Assembly: GCA_028712895.1 (NCBI GenBank)
Contig: JAQTPL010000004.1
Span: forward strand, 1,682 to 65,681
DNA from: a bacterium
GTDB taxonomy: Bacteria; CAYTYR01; UBA6262
DNA: 64,000 nt
Direction of reading: 5' to 3'
Below, piece after piece: positions 10,064 through 20,177 of the stretch (positions are counted from its first letter, which is position 1; each line of letters begins with the position of its first letter). Made by a program: the position numbers and the translations under genes. The notes beneath the pieces were generated by a model. That model saw only the letters and a program-made list of their open reading frames with translations, was not told the origin of the DNA and did no database searches.

Positions 10064-10657
10064 TTAATGTCCTATTATTTTTAATAGCGTCCGGATGATA
10101 ATGGTAAAATCTGTAAACAAGGAATGCTCCTGCACGTACTTTAGCTGCAGCCTTATTTTCTCTGGCCGGATCTTTTCCTGATAGGTTTTTTCCGGATCCG
10201 GACTGCCGGCCAGGATCGCTCCCTCATCCGAATTCCATAGCGAAGCCCAGTCAGTAATACCCGGTTTTACGCTCAATATCTGTTTCTCCTGTGCCGTGAA
10301 CATATTTACATAATACGGTACTTCCGGCCGTGGGCCGACAAAACTCATCTCCCCTTGTAGCACATTGAATAACTGGGGCAATTCATCCAATTTATATTTC
10401 CTGAGTTTTTTCCCGATCCTGGTGATCCTAGGGTCATCATCAGCACTGGATGACCCGCCTATCTTATCGGCATTCAAGACCATGGTCCTGAACTTATGCA
10501 TTTTAAAATCCCGGCCATTCTGGCCGACCCTGGTCCCGCTATATAATACCGGCCCCCCGTCTTCCTTTTTTACCAGGGCAGCAACGATCAATAATACAGG
10601 GATCAATATTAATAATCCGAAAAAAGAAAACAAAAAATCTACTAGGCGTTTTACCAT
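10064..10657 (-). CDS. small initiating phosphoglycosyltransferase (PglC/WbaP C-domain type, Bac_transf)
   Basis: 197 aa with a single N-terminal hydrophobic helix. KLDELPQLFNVLQGEMSFVGPRPE. Confidence 0.85.
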   Translation of the reverse strand: MVKRLVDFLFSFFGLLILIPVLLIVAALVKKEDGGPVLYSGTRVGQNGRDFKMHKFRTMVLNADKIGGSSSADDDPRITRIGKKLRKYKLDELPQLFNVLQGEMSFVGPRPEVPYYVNMFTAQEKQILSVKPGITDWASLWNSDEGAILAGSPDPEKTYQEKIRPEKIRLQLKYVQEHSLFTDFTIIIRTLLKIIGH

Positions 10658-10671
10658 GTAAAACCTCAGCT

Positions 10672-10693
10672 GGTATAATTATAATATTATACC
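10672..10693. promoter_or_regulatory. AT-rich palindrome GGTATAAT-TATAAT-ATTATACC upstream of the initiating transferase gene
   Basis: 8-bp arms read directly. Contains TATAAT on both strands. The -35 is poor, so it could be an operator, a weak promoter or an RNA hairpin. Confidence 0.25.
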
Positions 10694-10711
10694 CTAGATT
10701 TAAGAAAAAAT

Positions 10712-11749
10712 CTATACTTTTTGTGGGTGGGATATTATTACGGCGTTTTTCCAGAAGTCAACCGATAGCAGGCATTGCAGCAAAGCCCAGAATGACCCGA
10801 GCCCATATAATACATGCAGGGACAAGAACATCAATGGCAGCGTCAATAAATATCGCCAATCTTTGCGGTTAACGGCGATCCTAAAGGAGAAATACAGAGC
10901 TGCTGCTAAATATAAAGCCAGGAGGCCCGCTAAGACCCAGGCAAAACAGTAATCTATAACGGTCAGGAAACCAAACGCTAATATGCTGAGCACAAATAAT
11001 AAAGGTATAAAATGGCGGAGAGAGACCGGGATGATCTCTGAATATTTTAAAGGCATAACTACCCATACGCCGTTACGGAAATTAGTACGGCAAAACGATC
11101 TTAGGTCAGAACGGGCATAATAGTATGATACCACATCCGGAAACAGGATGATCCTGCCACCCTGTTTCTTGAGCCTCAAATTGAATTCCATATCCTGGCT
11201 TCTAGGTAACTTTTCATTAAAAAACCCTATCCGAGTAAAAATCTCTTTCCGGTAGCAGCCGCCAAATACCGTATCAGTTTCTTTTGGCTGTTTGGTCTCG
11301 GTCCTAAAGTCTGAATTACCCACTCCAAACCTGCTGGTCAACACTGCCACGATAAGCTGCCCCATAAAGGTATTTTCCCGGGGCAAGGTGATCATGGCCC
11401 CACCTACGTTATCAGCCTTACTTTCCTGCAGGTGCTGGACACACCTGGAGATATAGTCAGGGCTGTAAGTAGCATGTGCATCCATCCTGATAATTATATC
11501 GCCACAGGCAGCTTTAATTCCGATATTAAGAGCGCAAGGCGTGATCCGCTGCGGATTCTCCAATAATTTAATGAAAGGATACTGCTGTGCGTATTTCTGC
11601 ACAATATCCCGGGTCGTATCCTGGCTCATTCCATCTACGATCAATAATTCCAGTTCATTTTTTGGAAATTCCTGGGCTATAATGGAGGCAATACAGTGCG
11701 CAATGAATTTTTCCTCGTTGCGGCAAGGGATGATTATTGAACAGAGCAT
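10712..11749 (-). CDS. family 2 glycosyltransferase with C-terminal TM helices
   Basis: IIIPCRNEE, VDGMSQD, RMDAH. Hydrophobic C-terminal third. Confidence 0.8.
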   Translation of the reverse strand: MLCSIIIPCRNEEKFIAHCIASIIAQEFPKNELELLIVDGMSQDTTRDIVQKYAQQYPFIKLLENPQRITPCALNIGIKAACGDIIIRMDAHATYSPDYISRCVQHLQESKADNVGGAMITLPRENTFMGQLIVAVLTSRFGVGNSDFRTETKQPKETDTVFGGCYRKEIFTRIGFFNEKLPRSQDMEFNLRLKKQGGRIILFPDVVSYYYARSDLRSFCRTNFRNGVWVVMPLKYSEIIPVSLRHFIPLLFVLSILAFGFLTVIDYCFAWVLAGLLALYLAAALYFSFRIAVNRKDWRYLLTLPLMFLSLHVLYGLGSFWALLQCLLSVDFWKNAVIISHPQKV

Positions 11750-12921
11750 ATCAGGTCCTTATAAGCTTCTTTATTCTTCTTTTTATTAAATAATTCAAAA
11801 AGATAGTCAAATCCGTAACCAGCAGTCAATATCAGGAACGGCAAATGAGTAAAGCTAGTTCGCAAAGCAGCATCTACCCTGGTAATTATATGCAGGATCA
11901 ATGAGCAAATGAAGATAGAAGCGTAAACCATGAACTTATAATTCTTTTGCCTGATTACCTTAACCAGAGCAGTGATAAATAAAATATACAATGGGATCAT
12001 ATGGGCAGCATAATAATATTGGTGCGCTTTCTGCCAAAAAGGTGGGAAAATATTAAGGAACTGATACCCTCTCATAAAAAACAACTTGACCATTCTGGTT
12101 AGTATATAAAAATAGTTCCCATCTTTACTATAATCAAATGGTTCAATTTTAGTATATTGGATTATTACATCCCCATTCATATATATCGACCTCAGGACCT
12201 GGACCATAACAGGCAGGTAATAAATAAATAAAAACGTTACCAAAGTCCCTACTAGCATAACCGGAGCAACCGATCTTAAAACCATTTTGTTTTTCTTCAC
12301 TGAAGAAACAACGAGCAAAACATAGATCGGGAGACAGAGAATAACCGTGTCGATCCTGATAAACAATAAAACAAAATATCCTAATACAAATAATAAGTTC
12401 TTAGCCCAAGTACTGTTTTGACGGCTATAATATGAGGTTACAAAACTATAGATATAGACAACAAAAAAGAACCGGTAAACAGCTTCCGGAGAGGCCCAGT
12501 TATTCCAAATAACATTATCAATGAATACTATGGAAACAAGGCTAAAGATCATCGCCACTTTTTTGTTAGCGTAGAATTCCTCAGCAATTTTATATAAAAT
12601 TACCGGTATCAATGAAGCCAGGATAATCTGGAAAAGTATCAGCGCCCATATATTACCAGAGCCGAAAATTAAAAATATAAGCGCGGTGATCGCTACATAA
12701 CCAAGATGAAACAGTATTGTCGGATGCTGTTTTAGGATGTGCGGTAAATTTACACTATCCCCTGTCCCTTTCACATAATCTGACACCTGGTCAGCTACCG
12801 GACCGTATATTTTGGAAAAATCAGATGAGGCCTTAGGGCCTTTATCATAAAAAAGCAAAAAACAAATATTAAAGATGATGGCTATGACGAATAACCATAT
12901 TAGCTCTTTTTTAATTTTCAT
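11734..12921 (-). CDS. polytopic membrane protein, possible GT-C-type glycosyltransferase or polymerase
   Basis: 395 aa, at least 9 hydrophobic helices, no soluble domain. Function inferred from context only. Confidence 0.35.
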   Translation of the reverse strand: MKIKKELIWLFVIAIIFNICFLLFYDKGPKASSDFSKIYGPVADQVSDYVKGTGDSVNLPHILKQHPTILFHLGYVAITALIFLIFGSGNIWALILFQIILASLIPVILYKIAEEFYANKKVAMIFSLVSIVFIDNVIWNNWASPEAVYRFFFVVYIYSFVTSYYSRQNSTWAKNLLFVLGYFVLLFIRIDTVILCLPIYVLLVVSSVKKNKMVLRSVAPVMLVGTLVTFLFIYYLPVMVQVLRSIYMNGDVIIQYTKIEPFDYSKDGNYFYILTRMVKLFFMRGYQFLNIFPPFWQKAHQYYYAAHMIPLYILFITALVKVIRQKNYKFMVYASIFICSLILHIITRVDAALRTSFTHLPFLILTAGYGFDYLFELFNKKKNKEAYKDLICSVQ

Positions 12922-12930
12922 TCTTTTCTC

Positions 12931-14628
12931 CTATTTATAGGCTCTCAGGTTCGGGCCAAAGAACAAGGCATCTATCATTCCAGTCTTTAGAGCGTGGAGC
13001 GCTTCAGCCGGGGAATGCACTATCGGCTCCTCATGTTTATTAAAACTGGTATTTATACATAAAGGCAATCCGCTGATCTTATAATATTCGTTTAAGATAC
13101 TGTGCATCAGCGGTTGCCTGTTCTTATTGACAGTTTGGGGCCTGGCGGTGCCGTCCAAATGCACTACTCCAGGTATGCCGGCTCTTAACTCCTTCTTCAC
13201 CGTAAAAGCCATGGTCATAAAGCGCGCAGCATATGCGCCTTTAGGATAATTATCAAAATAAACCGGAGCAAATTCTTCCATGATCACAGGAGCAAAAGGC
13301 ATGAACTCAGTCCGGTCCATTCTTTTGTTGAGCCAATCCTTTATTTCCGGATCAGTCGGCCTGGCCAGGATCGAACGGTTGCATAGAGCGCGGGGTCCAT
13401 ATTCCATCCTGCCTTGAAACAGGCCGATCACTTTTCCCTGATGCATCAGCTCCGCTATTATTCTCTCCGGATGTTCAAGCTTTTCACATCTAAAGCCCTC
13501 TTTTTCAATGGCCCTGATGATCTCTTCAGGCTTAAAGGAATCACCGAAATAAACATTCTCCAGGGGAAAAGGTTGCAGTTCATTGTGCCGGGAAGCCAAA
13601 AGCAGGGCTGCCCCCAGGCTCGTCCCCCCATCCCCCATATGGGGATGAATAAAGACCTCTTCGACTTCTGCTAATTCCATTATCCTTTTGTTCAGAGTGA
13701 CATTAGCAAAAACACCGCCTGACAGCACCACCCGGGGATTGCCTGTCCGCAGAACAGCTAACCGTACCGCTGCAGTCACATTTTCTTCCAATACACGCTG
13801 GGCAGCATAAGCTATCTCTTCCCGGGAGAATCCTTTCATCAATTCTTGCAAATAATTAACTGCTGATTTCCAGAATAAATACTTATCGTTGCGAAAATGC
13901 ATCTTATCCCGATCCAGGGAATAAACAGTTCTCAGCTTCTCGTACGCCTCGGGTGAAGGATGGTAAGCTGCCAATCCGGTTATTTTGCCGCCATGTCTTT
14001 GCGGGTCAAAGCCGCAGATATAAGTAATGTAAGCCCAGAAATTGCCGGCTGAATGTATTTTAGGACATTCGCTGATCTTCTTCAATTGCCCGTTTTCACC
14101 GGCATAAACACTGCCGGCCAGGCCGTCACCGCCGCCATCAACAGTAACGACAGTTGCTTTGGTCCAGCCACTGGTGAAATATGCCGAGGCGGCATGGCTT
14201 TCATGATGATCAAAGAAAGTAATCTTCCCTTTCATCCCTCTTTTGGCAAAGTAATCCCTGACCAGTCCCCTGTTCTTTCTTAATATTTGCGCCGCCAGCC
14301 GGCTGCAGGCCACGAAAGCTTTTGATTCAGGGAACTTTCCGCTGTGTTTGGTAATCTTTTCAAATACTTTTCTTTTAAAACCCGCTTTCCCGGAAAAATC
14401 CACTCCAGTAGGAACTTCGACCATCCCTTTGAACCCGAATCCAACCAGATCAATATCAGCGATATCCACGCCACACTGTTTGGTCATATTTTCTAAAGAG
14501 GTATAAGGGAACCCCCAGTGCATTTTTTTCCTGGTAAACCTCTCCTCATTAGCAGCATAAACGATCCGGCCATCCTTAATTAAGGCTACGCCGCTGTCAT
14601 GGCTGTCATTAATACCCAGGATATTCAT
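12931..14628 (-). CDS. carbamoyltransferase, NodU/CmcH family
   Basis: MNILGINDSHDSGVALIKDGRIVYAANEERFTRKK and FFDHHESHAASAY. Confidence 0.85.
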   Translation of the reverse strand: MNILGINDSHDSGVALIKDGRIVYAANEERFTRKKMHWGFPYTSLENMTKQCGVDIADIDLVGFGFKGMVEVPTGVDFSGKAGFKRKVFEKITKHSGKFPESKAFVACSRLAAQILRKNRGLVRDYFAKRGMKGKITFFDHHESHAASAYFTSGWTKATVVTVDGGGDGLAGSVYAGENGQLKKISECPKIHSAGNFWAYITYICGFDPQRHGGKITGLAAYHPSPEAYEKLRTVYSLDRDKMHFRNDKYLFWKSAVNYLQELMKGFSREEIAYAAQRVLEENVTAAVRLAVLRTGNPRVVLSGGVFANVTLNKRIMELAEVEEVFIHPHMGDGGTSLGAALLLASRHNELQPFPLENVYFGDSFKPEEIIRAIEKEGFRCEKLEHPERIIAELMHQGKVIGLFQGRMEYGPRALCNRSILARPTDPEIKDWLNKRMDRTEFMPFAPVIMEEFAPVYFDNYPKGAYAARFMTMAFTVKKELRAGIPGVVHLDGTARPQTVNKNRQPLMHSILNEYYKISGLPLCINTSFNKHEEPIVHSPAEALHALKTGMIDALFFGPNLRAYK

Positions 14629-14634
14629 AATACC

Positions 14635-16044
14635 TCATTTCATGCGGAATAGTTTAAGGCCGATCCTGGCCTTATTAATCAGCTCTGGCACATTTCTTAT
14701 TTTACTTATATTCTTAATAATATTTTCAGGCTTAAAATAGAATTTCTTATACCCTTCCACTAATAATTCTTTAAGCTCTTCCAGGGTAAAGTTCTCAGGC
14801 CAATGGGGTGGCTGGAACCCTGCTCGCGGATGCGCCGCAAATTCCTGCCAATAGTCACTTCTGATAATGCCTTCTTGCAGGCCTCTGGCATATAGCTTAG
14901 TCCCGGGGAAAGGGGAAAATATGGTCAGATGTACGTAATCAGGCTTTAACTTCTTCATGAACCGGAAAGTTTCTCTGATATCTTCCCGGGTTTCACCAGG
15001 ATTGCCGATCATAAAATAGGCTAAAATAGGTATCTTGTATTTCTTGGTCAGGGCAAAAGCCTTCTTTATTTGTTCAAAGGTGATACCTTTATTCAATATT
15101 TTTAAGATTTTTTCAGTACCGGCTTCCACGCCATAATGAATCCCTCTACAACCGGCCTTGGCCAGGGCAGCTATTATCTCTTCATTCACCGTATCAACCC
15201 TGGTTCTGATATCCCAGGAAATTTTTAGTTCTCTTTTTCCGATTTCGCGGCAAATAGCTATTACCCTCTCCTTATCAACAGTGAATGTATCATCATAGAA
15301 AAGAAAATTATTAATACCCAGTTTCACGCACGCCGTCAGTTCATTTACAACATTTTCCGGAGATCTCGCCCGGAAATTCTTCCCCAGATGAGGGCGGTCG
15401 CAAAATGAGCATTGGAAAGGACAACCCCTGCTGGTAAACATCGTAGTTACCGGATTGTTTCCTGTCAGGATAGAGCTATATTCCTTATATGGGACCAGAT
15501 GACGAGCCGGGAAAGGAAGGCTGTCCACATTTTTGATAAAAGGCGGATTACCCGTATTGACGATCTCCTGATCATCCCAAAAGACTAGGCCTGGGATTTC
15601 CCTTAATTTACCCTTGTTATCCAGATGCCGCAGCAGTTCTTTTACCGTCTCTTCCCCTTCCCCCAGAACTAAATAATCTATATTTTTAAGTCTCATGCTC
15701 TCTAGGGGAAAAAGATGGACATGGGGACCGCCCAGCATGATTTTTGCATTCTCGCAGGCTTTTTTTACAGCTTCAACTGTCTTGACAACGTCAATTAAAG
15801 TCATGGTCATAGTCGTAAGGCCAACTATCGCCGGATTGAATTCCCTGATCTTTTGCTCCAATGAAACATAATCAAGTTTTTCTACCTGGGCATCAATCAC
15901 CATTACTTGATGGTCCGATTCCAGAGAAGCAGCTATATAAAGTAAGCCTAAAGGCGGGTTACAGCCTCTCTCCTCTTCAACGAAAGCAGGATTATTGGCA
16001 ATTATTTCATTTTCCCTGGGAGGATTGACCAACAATACTTTCAT
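14635..16044 (-). CDS. B12-binding (class B) radical SAM enzyme
   Basis: N-terminal cobalamin-binding-like domain followed by TSRGCPFQCSFCD (CxxxCxxC). Confidence 0.8.
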   Translation of the reverse strand: MKVLLVNPPRENEIIANNPAFVEEERGCNPPLGLLYIAASLESDHQVMVIDAQVEKLDYVSLEQKIREFNPAIVGLTTMTMTLIDVVKTVEAVKKACENAKIMLGGPHVHLFPLESMRLKNIDYLVLGEGEETVKELLRHLDNKGKLREIPGLVFWDDQEIVNTGNPPFIKNVDSLPFPARHLVPYKEYSSILTGNNPVTTMFTSRGCPFQCSFCDRPHLGKNFRARSPENVVNELTACVKLGINNFLFYDDTFTVDKERVIAICREIGKRELKISWDIRTRVDTVNEEIIAALAKAGCRGIHYGVEAGTEKILKILNKGITFEQIKKAFALTKKYKIPILAYFMIGNPGETREDIRETFRFMKKLKPDYVHLTIFSPFPGTKLYARGLQEGIIRSDYWQEFAAHPRAGFQPPHWPENFTLEELKELLVEGYKKFYFKPENIIKNISKIRNVPELINKARIGLKLFRMK

Positions 16045-16911
16045 CTAGCGCATCCTCTTATCGATCAGATCTGCCAGCATGCCTATGGCTAATAGCTGGA
16101 TAGCGGTAACAAAAACAATAACTGTAACCACGAGAAATCCTTTGCTCATAATTATACGGTATAAAACTAAGGCTATGCTGAGTAAAAAAAATGCCAAGCT
16201 GGCCGGAATAAATATTTTAAGCGGTTCAAAATACAGGATAGTCTTAATGATCAGCTGGATAAAGTTCAACGTGTCCTTGATCGGCTTGATCTTGGATATG
16301 CCTTCCCGTTTATGATAATCAATGGGAATGTAATTTACCCGATAATCATTAGTGATCATCGCCAAGGTTATGGTCGTGGTGAAGGAAAAACCGTTTGGCA
16401 ATAAAGGCAGGAACCGCAGGACAATATCCTTTTTCATTATTCGCAACCCCGAATTCAGATCCGGTATCTTGCGCTCAGATAAATATTCTGCCAGCTTCCT
16501 GATAATGGTTTTGGGGATCCTTCTCAGCAGAGGTATTTTTACCTTATCTCCTATTCTTGCCCCTACGACCATATCTGAACTTTCCATTTTCCCGATCAAT
16601 TCCGGTATTATTTCCACGGGATAAGTACTATCGGCATCAGTTATTAAAACCAGCTCGCTGGCGGCATGCTTTATTCCTGTTTTTAAGGCTGCGCCATAAC
16701 CCTTATTCATCTCATGGTGTATCGTGATTATCTTAAAAACAATTTTATTTATTTCTGCCGCAGTGTTATCAGTAGATCCATCATTAACCACAATGATCTG
16801 AAAACGAATACCTGTTTTATTTAATACATCATAAAGGGTATTCAATGTATTATAAATGCTTTTTTCTTCGTTATAGACTGGTATGATCACTGATAATTTG
16901 TCTTTAAACAC
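16045..16911 (-). CDS. GT2 polyprenyl-phosphate glycosyltransferase (GtrB/ArnC/DPM1-like)
   Basis: LSVIIPVYNEE, VNDGSTD, TDADSTY. Two C-terminal TM helices. Confidence 0.75.
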   Translation of the reverse strand: MFKDKLSVIIPVYNEEKSIYNTLNTLYDVLNKTGIRFQIIVVNDGSTDNTAAEINKIVFKIITIHHEMNKGYGAALKTGIKHAASELVLITDADSTYPVEIIPELIGKMESSDMVVGARIGDKVKIPLLRRIPKTIIRKLAEYLSERKIPDLNSGLRIMKKDIVLRFLPLLPNGFSFTTTITLAMITNDYRVNYIPIDYHKREGISKIKPIKDTLNFIQLIIKTILYFEPLKIFIPASLAFFLLSIALVLYRIIMSKGFLVVTVIVFVTAIQLLAIGMLADLIDKRMR

Positions 16912-18187
16912 AATTAGGCTCCTTATTCTGTAGTAACGACATACGCTTTATCCTAGCCATTCCTAATAGCATCCCGGTAAGGATCCAAAATATCGGCCCG
17001 CTTTTGCTGGACTGAAAAGATTCCAATCCAAAGCCCATAACCAGGTAGGCAGCAACCAGCGCACAATAATAAATTAGCAGTTTCCTGTTTTCTCTTAAAT
17101 ACCATCCGAATTTAGCCAGCATGCAGATCCAGATACCTGTACCAATAATCCCCAAAACCATAAAATTTCTGCCATATTGGCTGTCATAGCCCGAAGTAAA
17201 ATGAATTTCACTGCCTGGCTCCTGTCCGGCCAGATAACCAACCCCCACTATCCGGTCCAAAGGGTTCTCAAATATTACGAATTTAGGCAAGATATCTTCT
17301 TTGTATCTTTTCATTACCGAGGTCGCCGGATTAGCCAGGCGCCCTAAATTAATATATTCACCTATCTGATAATCCCATTTAAAGGCTACTATAAATATTA
17401 CCAGTGCCATTATCGCCATCAGCGTATACCATTTTATTATCTTCAGGAATATTTTATTGATCTTATTTACCATCATAAAATCATTCAGCAAATAAAACAA
17501 TATAAAAAATGCCAGCACGGCGAAACTCGATGATTTCGCACCGGTCGCCAAACAGCAGATGATAGATACTATCATTAATAGATATATCAAATACCGTTTG
17601 GCCTTGTTATTTATGAAATCGAAATAGTTAGCAAAAAGGCAGGTAAGCGCCCCGCCGAAATATATCTGCCCAGACAGGGCCGATGCTATTTTAAGGAACG
17701 GCGTGCCAATGCCGTAATAATCTTTGATCTTAAAGATAATGGAATAAGCACCGAAAAGCGCGTTAAATAAAACCAGAATAATCAGAAAATACAACAAGTA
17801 TTTAATATGCCCTTTTAAGGTCAAATAAAAGAAAAGAACGAAAAAAATAAAGTATTGGAATTCCTTACCCCAGAAGATCAGGAAAAAAAGTCCCCACTCG
17901 TGGCCAGTGAGCGCCCGGGCCAGAGAAATTGAAAAAGGATAAGAAAAATATACCAGAGGCCAAATAAACTCATTATAGACTGGCATTTTGCCCAGGCTTA
18001 TTCGTAAAATAATAATAATGAAAATGAAAATAAAAGTCAAATCTTCTAACCTTATTTTTGCCCCATAAAGCAATTCTATCCGGGGAAAGAAAAAGATTCC
18101 TAATAAGGTAAGTCCCGCTAAAAACATCAGACTCTTATTTTTTGTATCCATATCCAGGAACATATGAGCGATGACCTTTTTCATCAT
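16904..18187 (-). CDS. Wzy-type polymerase / O-antigen-ligase-like polytopic membrane protein
   Basis: 427 aa, AT-rich, about 11 hydrophobic helices. No soluble domain recognised. Confidence 0.45.
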   Translation of the reverse strand: MMKKVIAHMFLDMDTKNKSLMFLAGLTLLGIFFFPRIELLYGAKIRLEDLTFIFIFIIIILRISLGKMPVYNEFIWPLVYFSYPFSISLARALTGHEWGLFFLIFWGKEFQYFIFFVLFFYLTLKGHIKYLLYFLIILVLFNALFGAYSIIFKIKDYYGIGTPFLKIASALSGQIYFGGALTCLFANYFDFINNKAKRYLIYLLMIVSIICCLATGAKSSSFAVLAFFILFYLLNDFMMVNKINKIFLKIIKWYTLMAIMALVIFIVAFKWDYQIGEYINLGRLANPATSVMKRYKEDILPKFVIFENPLDRIVGVGYLAGQEPGSEIHFTSGYDSQYGRNFMVLGIIGTGIWICMLAKFGWYLRENRKLLIYYCALVAAYLVMGFGLESFQSSKSGPIFWILTGMLLGMARIKRMSLLQNKEPNCV

Positions 18188-19032
18188 AGGCTATTAATCT
18201 TTCTTTTTACGGCTAATAAAGAACGCCAGAGAGGTATATTATTCAGCCACCCGGACAGCATCCTGATAAAACCTGGCCTTTTTAAACCTGTTTCGGTTAG
18301 AACCCAGTCTGCTTCCCGGATCGACAACATATTGGCGAAGCCACCAGCTAAGGCGTAATTCCTTTTGGTTTCCGGACCTCCAACCCGGTCTTTTTCTGCG
18401 TATGGAGAATGACTATAGCCATGATTTTGGTGAATAACGGTGGCTATTTCCGTGGCATCTATTATCGGGACTTGCATCTTTTTCATTTTCCACAATACCC
18501 AATTATCCCAACCTTGCCTGCCGACGGCAAATTCCGGCATTTGCCAAGGCAATTCCCTGGGGAAAACCATATAATCAATACCTGTATAACCATGCAATTT
18601 CCCTTGCCGTCCAAGCTCCTGTTTAAGCTCTACTTCCCAATTCTGTTGTTGATAATCTATTTTCTGCTGCCAATCCAGGTCCCATCTTCGGCCAATGATA
18701 AAATATTTTGGCAATTTGATACTCTTTATTGCAGTCACAAAGTCTGGTAGCAAGATAATATCGGCATTGACATAAACCAATATCTGGTTCTGGGCTTTCT
18801 CCCTGGCCAAAGCAAAAGCAGAACTTACTAAAGGAGTCCCGAATTCATTTTTTTGTATCTCCGGATAATGAATGATACCATACTTTTTAGCTGCTTCAGC
18901 TACTCCCGCATCATTACCCATTAAGATGATCTCATTATCACCAGCCAGGGACAGCCAGCTTTGGATAGCATTATGCTGAGCCAATACATTCTGGGTGCTA
19001 AAAGATTTAGGTATACTGAATATTGTCAGCAT
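18184..19032 (-). CDS. hypothetical protein, possibly a GT-A-like transferase
   Basis: The track start 19101 overlaps the upstream gene. ATG at 19032 is preceded by AGGACAGGA. Contains YVNADIILLPDF (DxD-like). Confidence 0.4.
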   Translation of the reverse strand: MLTIFSIPKSFSTQNVLAQHNAIQSWLSLAGDNEIILMGNDAGVAEAAKKYGIIHYPEIQKNEFGTPLVSSAFALAREKAQNQILVYVNADIILLPDFVTAIKSIKLPKYFIIGRRWDLDWQQKIDYQQQNWEVELKQELGRQGKLHGYTGIDYMVFPRELPWQMPEFAVGRQGWDNWVLWKMKKMQVPIIDATEIATVIHQNHGYSHSPYAEKDRVGGPETKRNYALAGGFANMLSIREADWVLTETGLKRPGFIRMLSGWLNNIPLWRSLLAVKRKINSL

Positions 19033-19046
19033 TATGCATTCCTGTC

Positions 19047-20177
19047 CTATGTAGTTAGCTGCCGGTAGATCCGGAAGGTTTCTACCGCTGTTTTTCCCCA
19101 ACTATAATTAGCACCTCTGGTTAAGCCCTGGCTGCTTAGGGCCGTCCAGGTATTATTATTACCAGCTAATTTATTTATTTGTTCGGTTAGACCGGCAACA
19201 TCAAGCGGCTCAAAATACAACCCGGCATCCCCCACGACCTCGGGCAAAGAGGAACTATTGGAAACGATTACCGGGGTTCCACATTTCATTGCTTCCAGGG
19301 GAGTCAGGCCAAATCCTTCGTACAATGATGTAACCACCAGCATTTTGGCGTTGGCATAAAACAACCTGAGCTCCAGATCATTGATCCCGCTAAATATTTT
19401 CAGATTACCCGCTATCCGGTATTTGTTTATCAGCGCCAGTTCTTCCGGTCCCCACTTGCTTTGGCCGCCCAGGCAGAACAAATAATAATCAGCCCTGTTC
19501 GCCCATTGGCCAAAAGCCCTCAGCAAGGTAACAAAATTTTTATAACCGCCGCGGTCTCCGACATAAAGGATATATGGCTTATCCAGACCGTGGCTCTTCC
19601 TGAATATATTGTTTTCTTCCTGGCCCGACGGCTTAAAATGGTTACTGGCAGCCAAATATACTACTTCTATTTTATCAGCCGGCAAGCCGAATATGTCGAT
19701 CAGGTCGTTTTTTGTACTTTTTGATATAGCGATTATTTTATCTACCCTGGCCAATACTTTGCGCTTATTATTAGTAAAGCTTTTCGCGCCCTTTAAATGT
19801 TGTGGAAATTTTTCGTGTATCATATCATATACTGTCATCACCGTAGCTTTGGCCTTAACTTTAACTGGATTATAGTAAGTAGGGTGATAAATATCAAATG
19901 ATCTTGGGCTAGCGGCAAGCCATCTCTTGAGTACTGTTTTATTGTATAGGTCCAGTAGCGGGCCGGTTTTGTAGATCTTCTTGTGATAACTGCCGGCATA
20001 ATATTCAAAATATTTTTTTTGCTCAGCCAGGCTATAGTAATTTATATGCCAACCTTGATAACATGACACCTTAATCCCTTCTTGTTGTAGGGCCTGAAGG
20101 ATCAGCTCATAGAAATACCGGGATATGCCTCCATATTTCTGCCTTACAAATATCTGATAATCGTAAAGGATCTTCAA
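19047..20177 (-). CDS. GT4 (GT-B) glycosyltransferase
   Basis: EGFGLTPLEAMKCGTPVIVSNSSSLPEVVGDAG. Confidence 0.8.
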   Translation of the reverse strand: MKILYDYQIFVRQKYGGISRYFYELILQALQQEGIKVSCYQGWHINYYSLAEQKKYFEYYAGSYHKKIYKTGPLLDLYNKTVLKRWLAASPRSFDIYHPTYYNPVKVKAKATVMTVYDMIHEKFPQHLKGAKSFTNNKRKVLARVDKIIAISKSTKNDLIDIFGLPADKIEVVYLAASNHFKPSGQEENNIFRKSHGLDKPYILYVGDRGGYKNFVTLLRAFGQWANRADYYLFCLGGQSKWGPEELALINKYRIAGNLKIFSGINDLELRLFYANAKMLVVTSLYEGFGLTPLEAMKCGTPVIVSNSSSLPEVVGDAGLYFEPLDVAGLTEQINKLAGNNNTWTALSSQGLTRGANYSWGKTAVETFRIYRQLTT

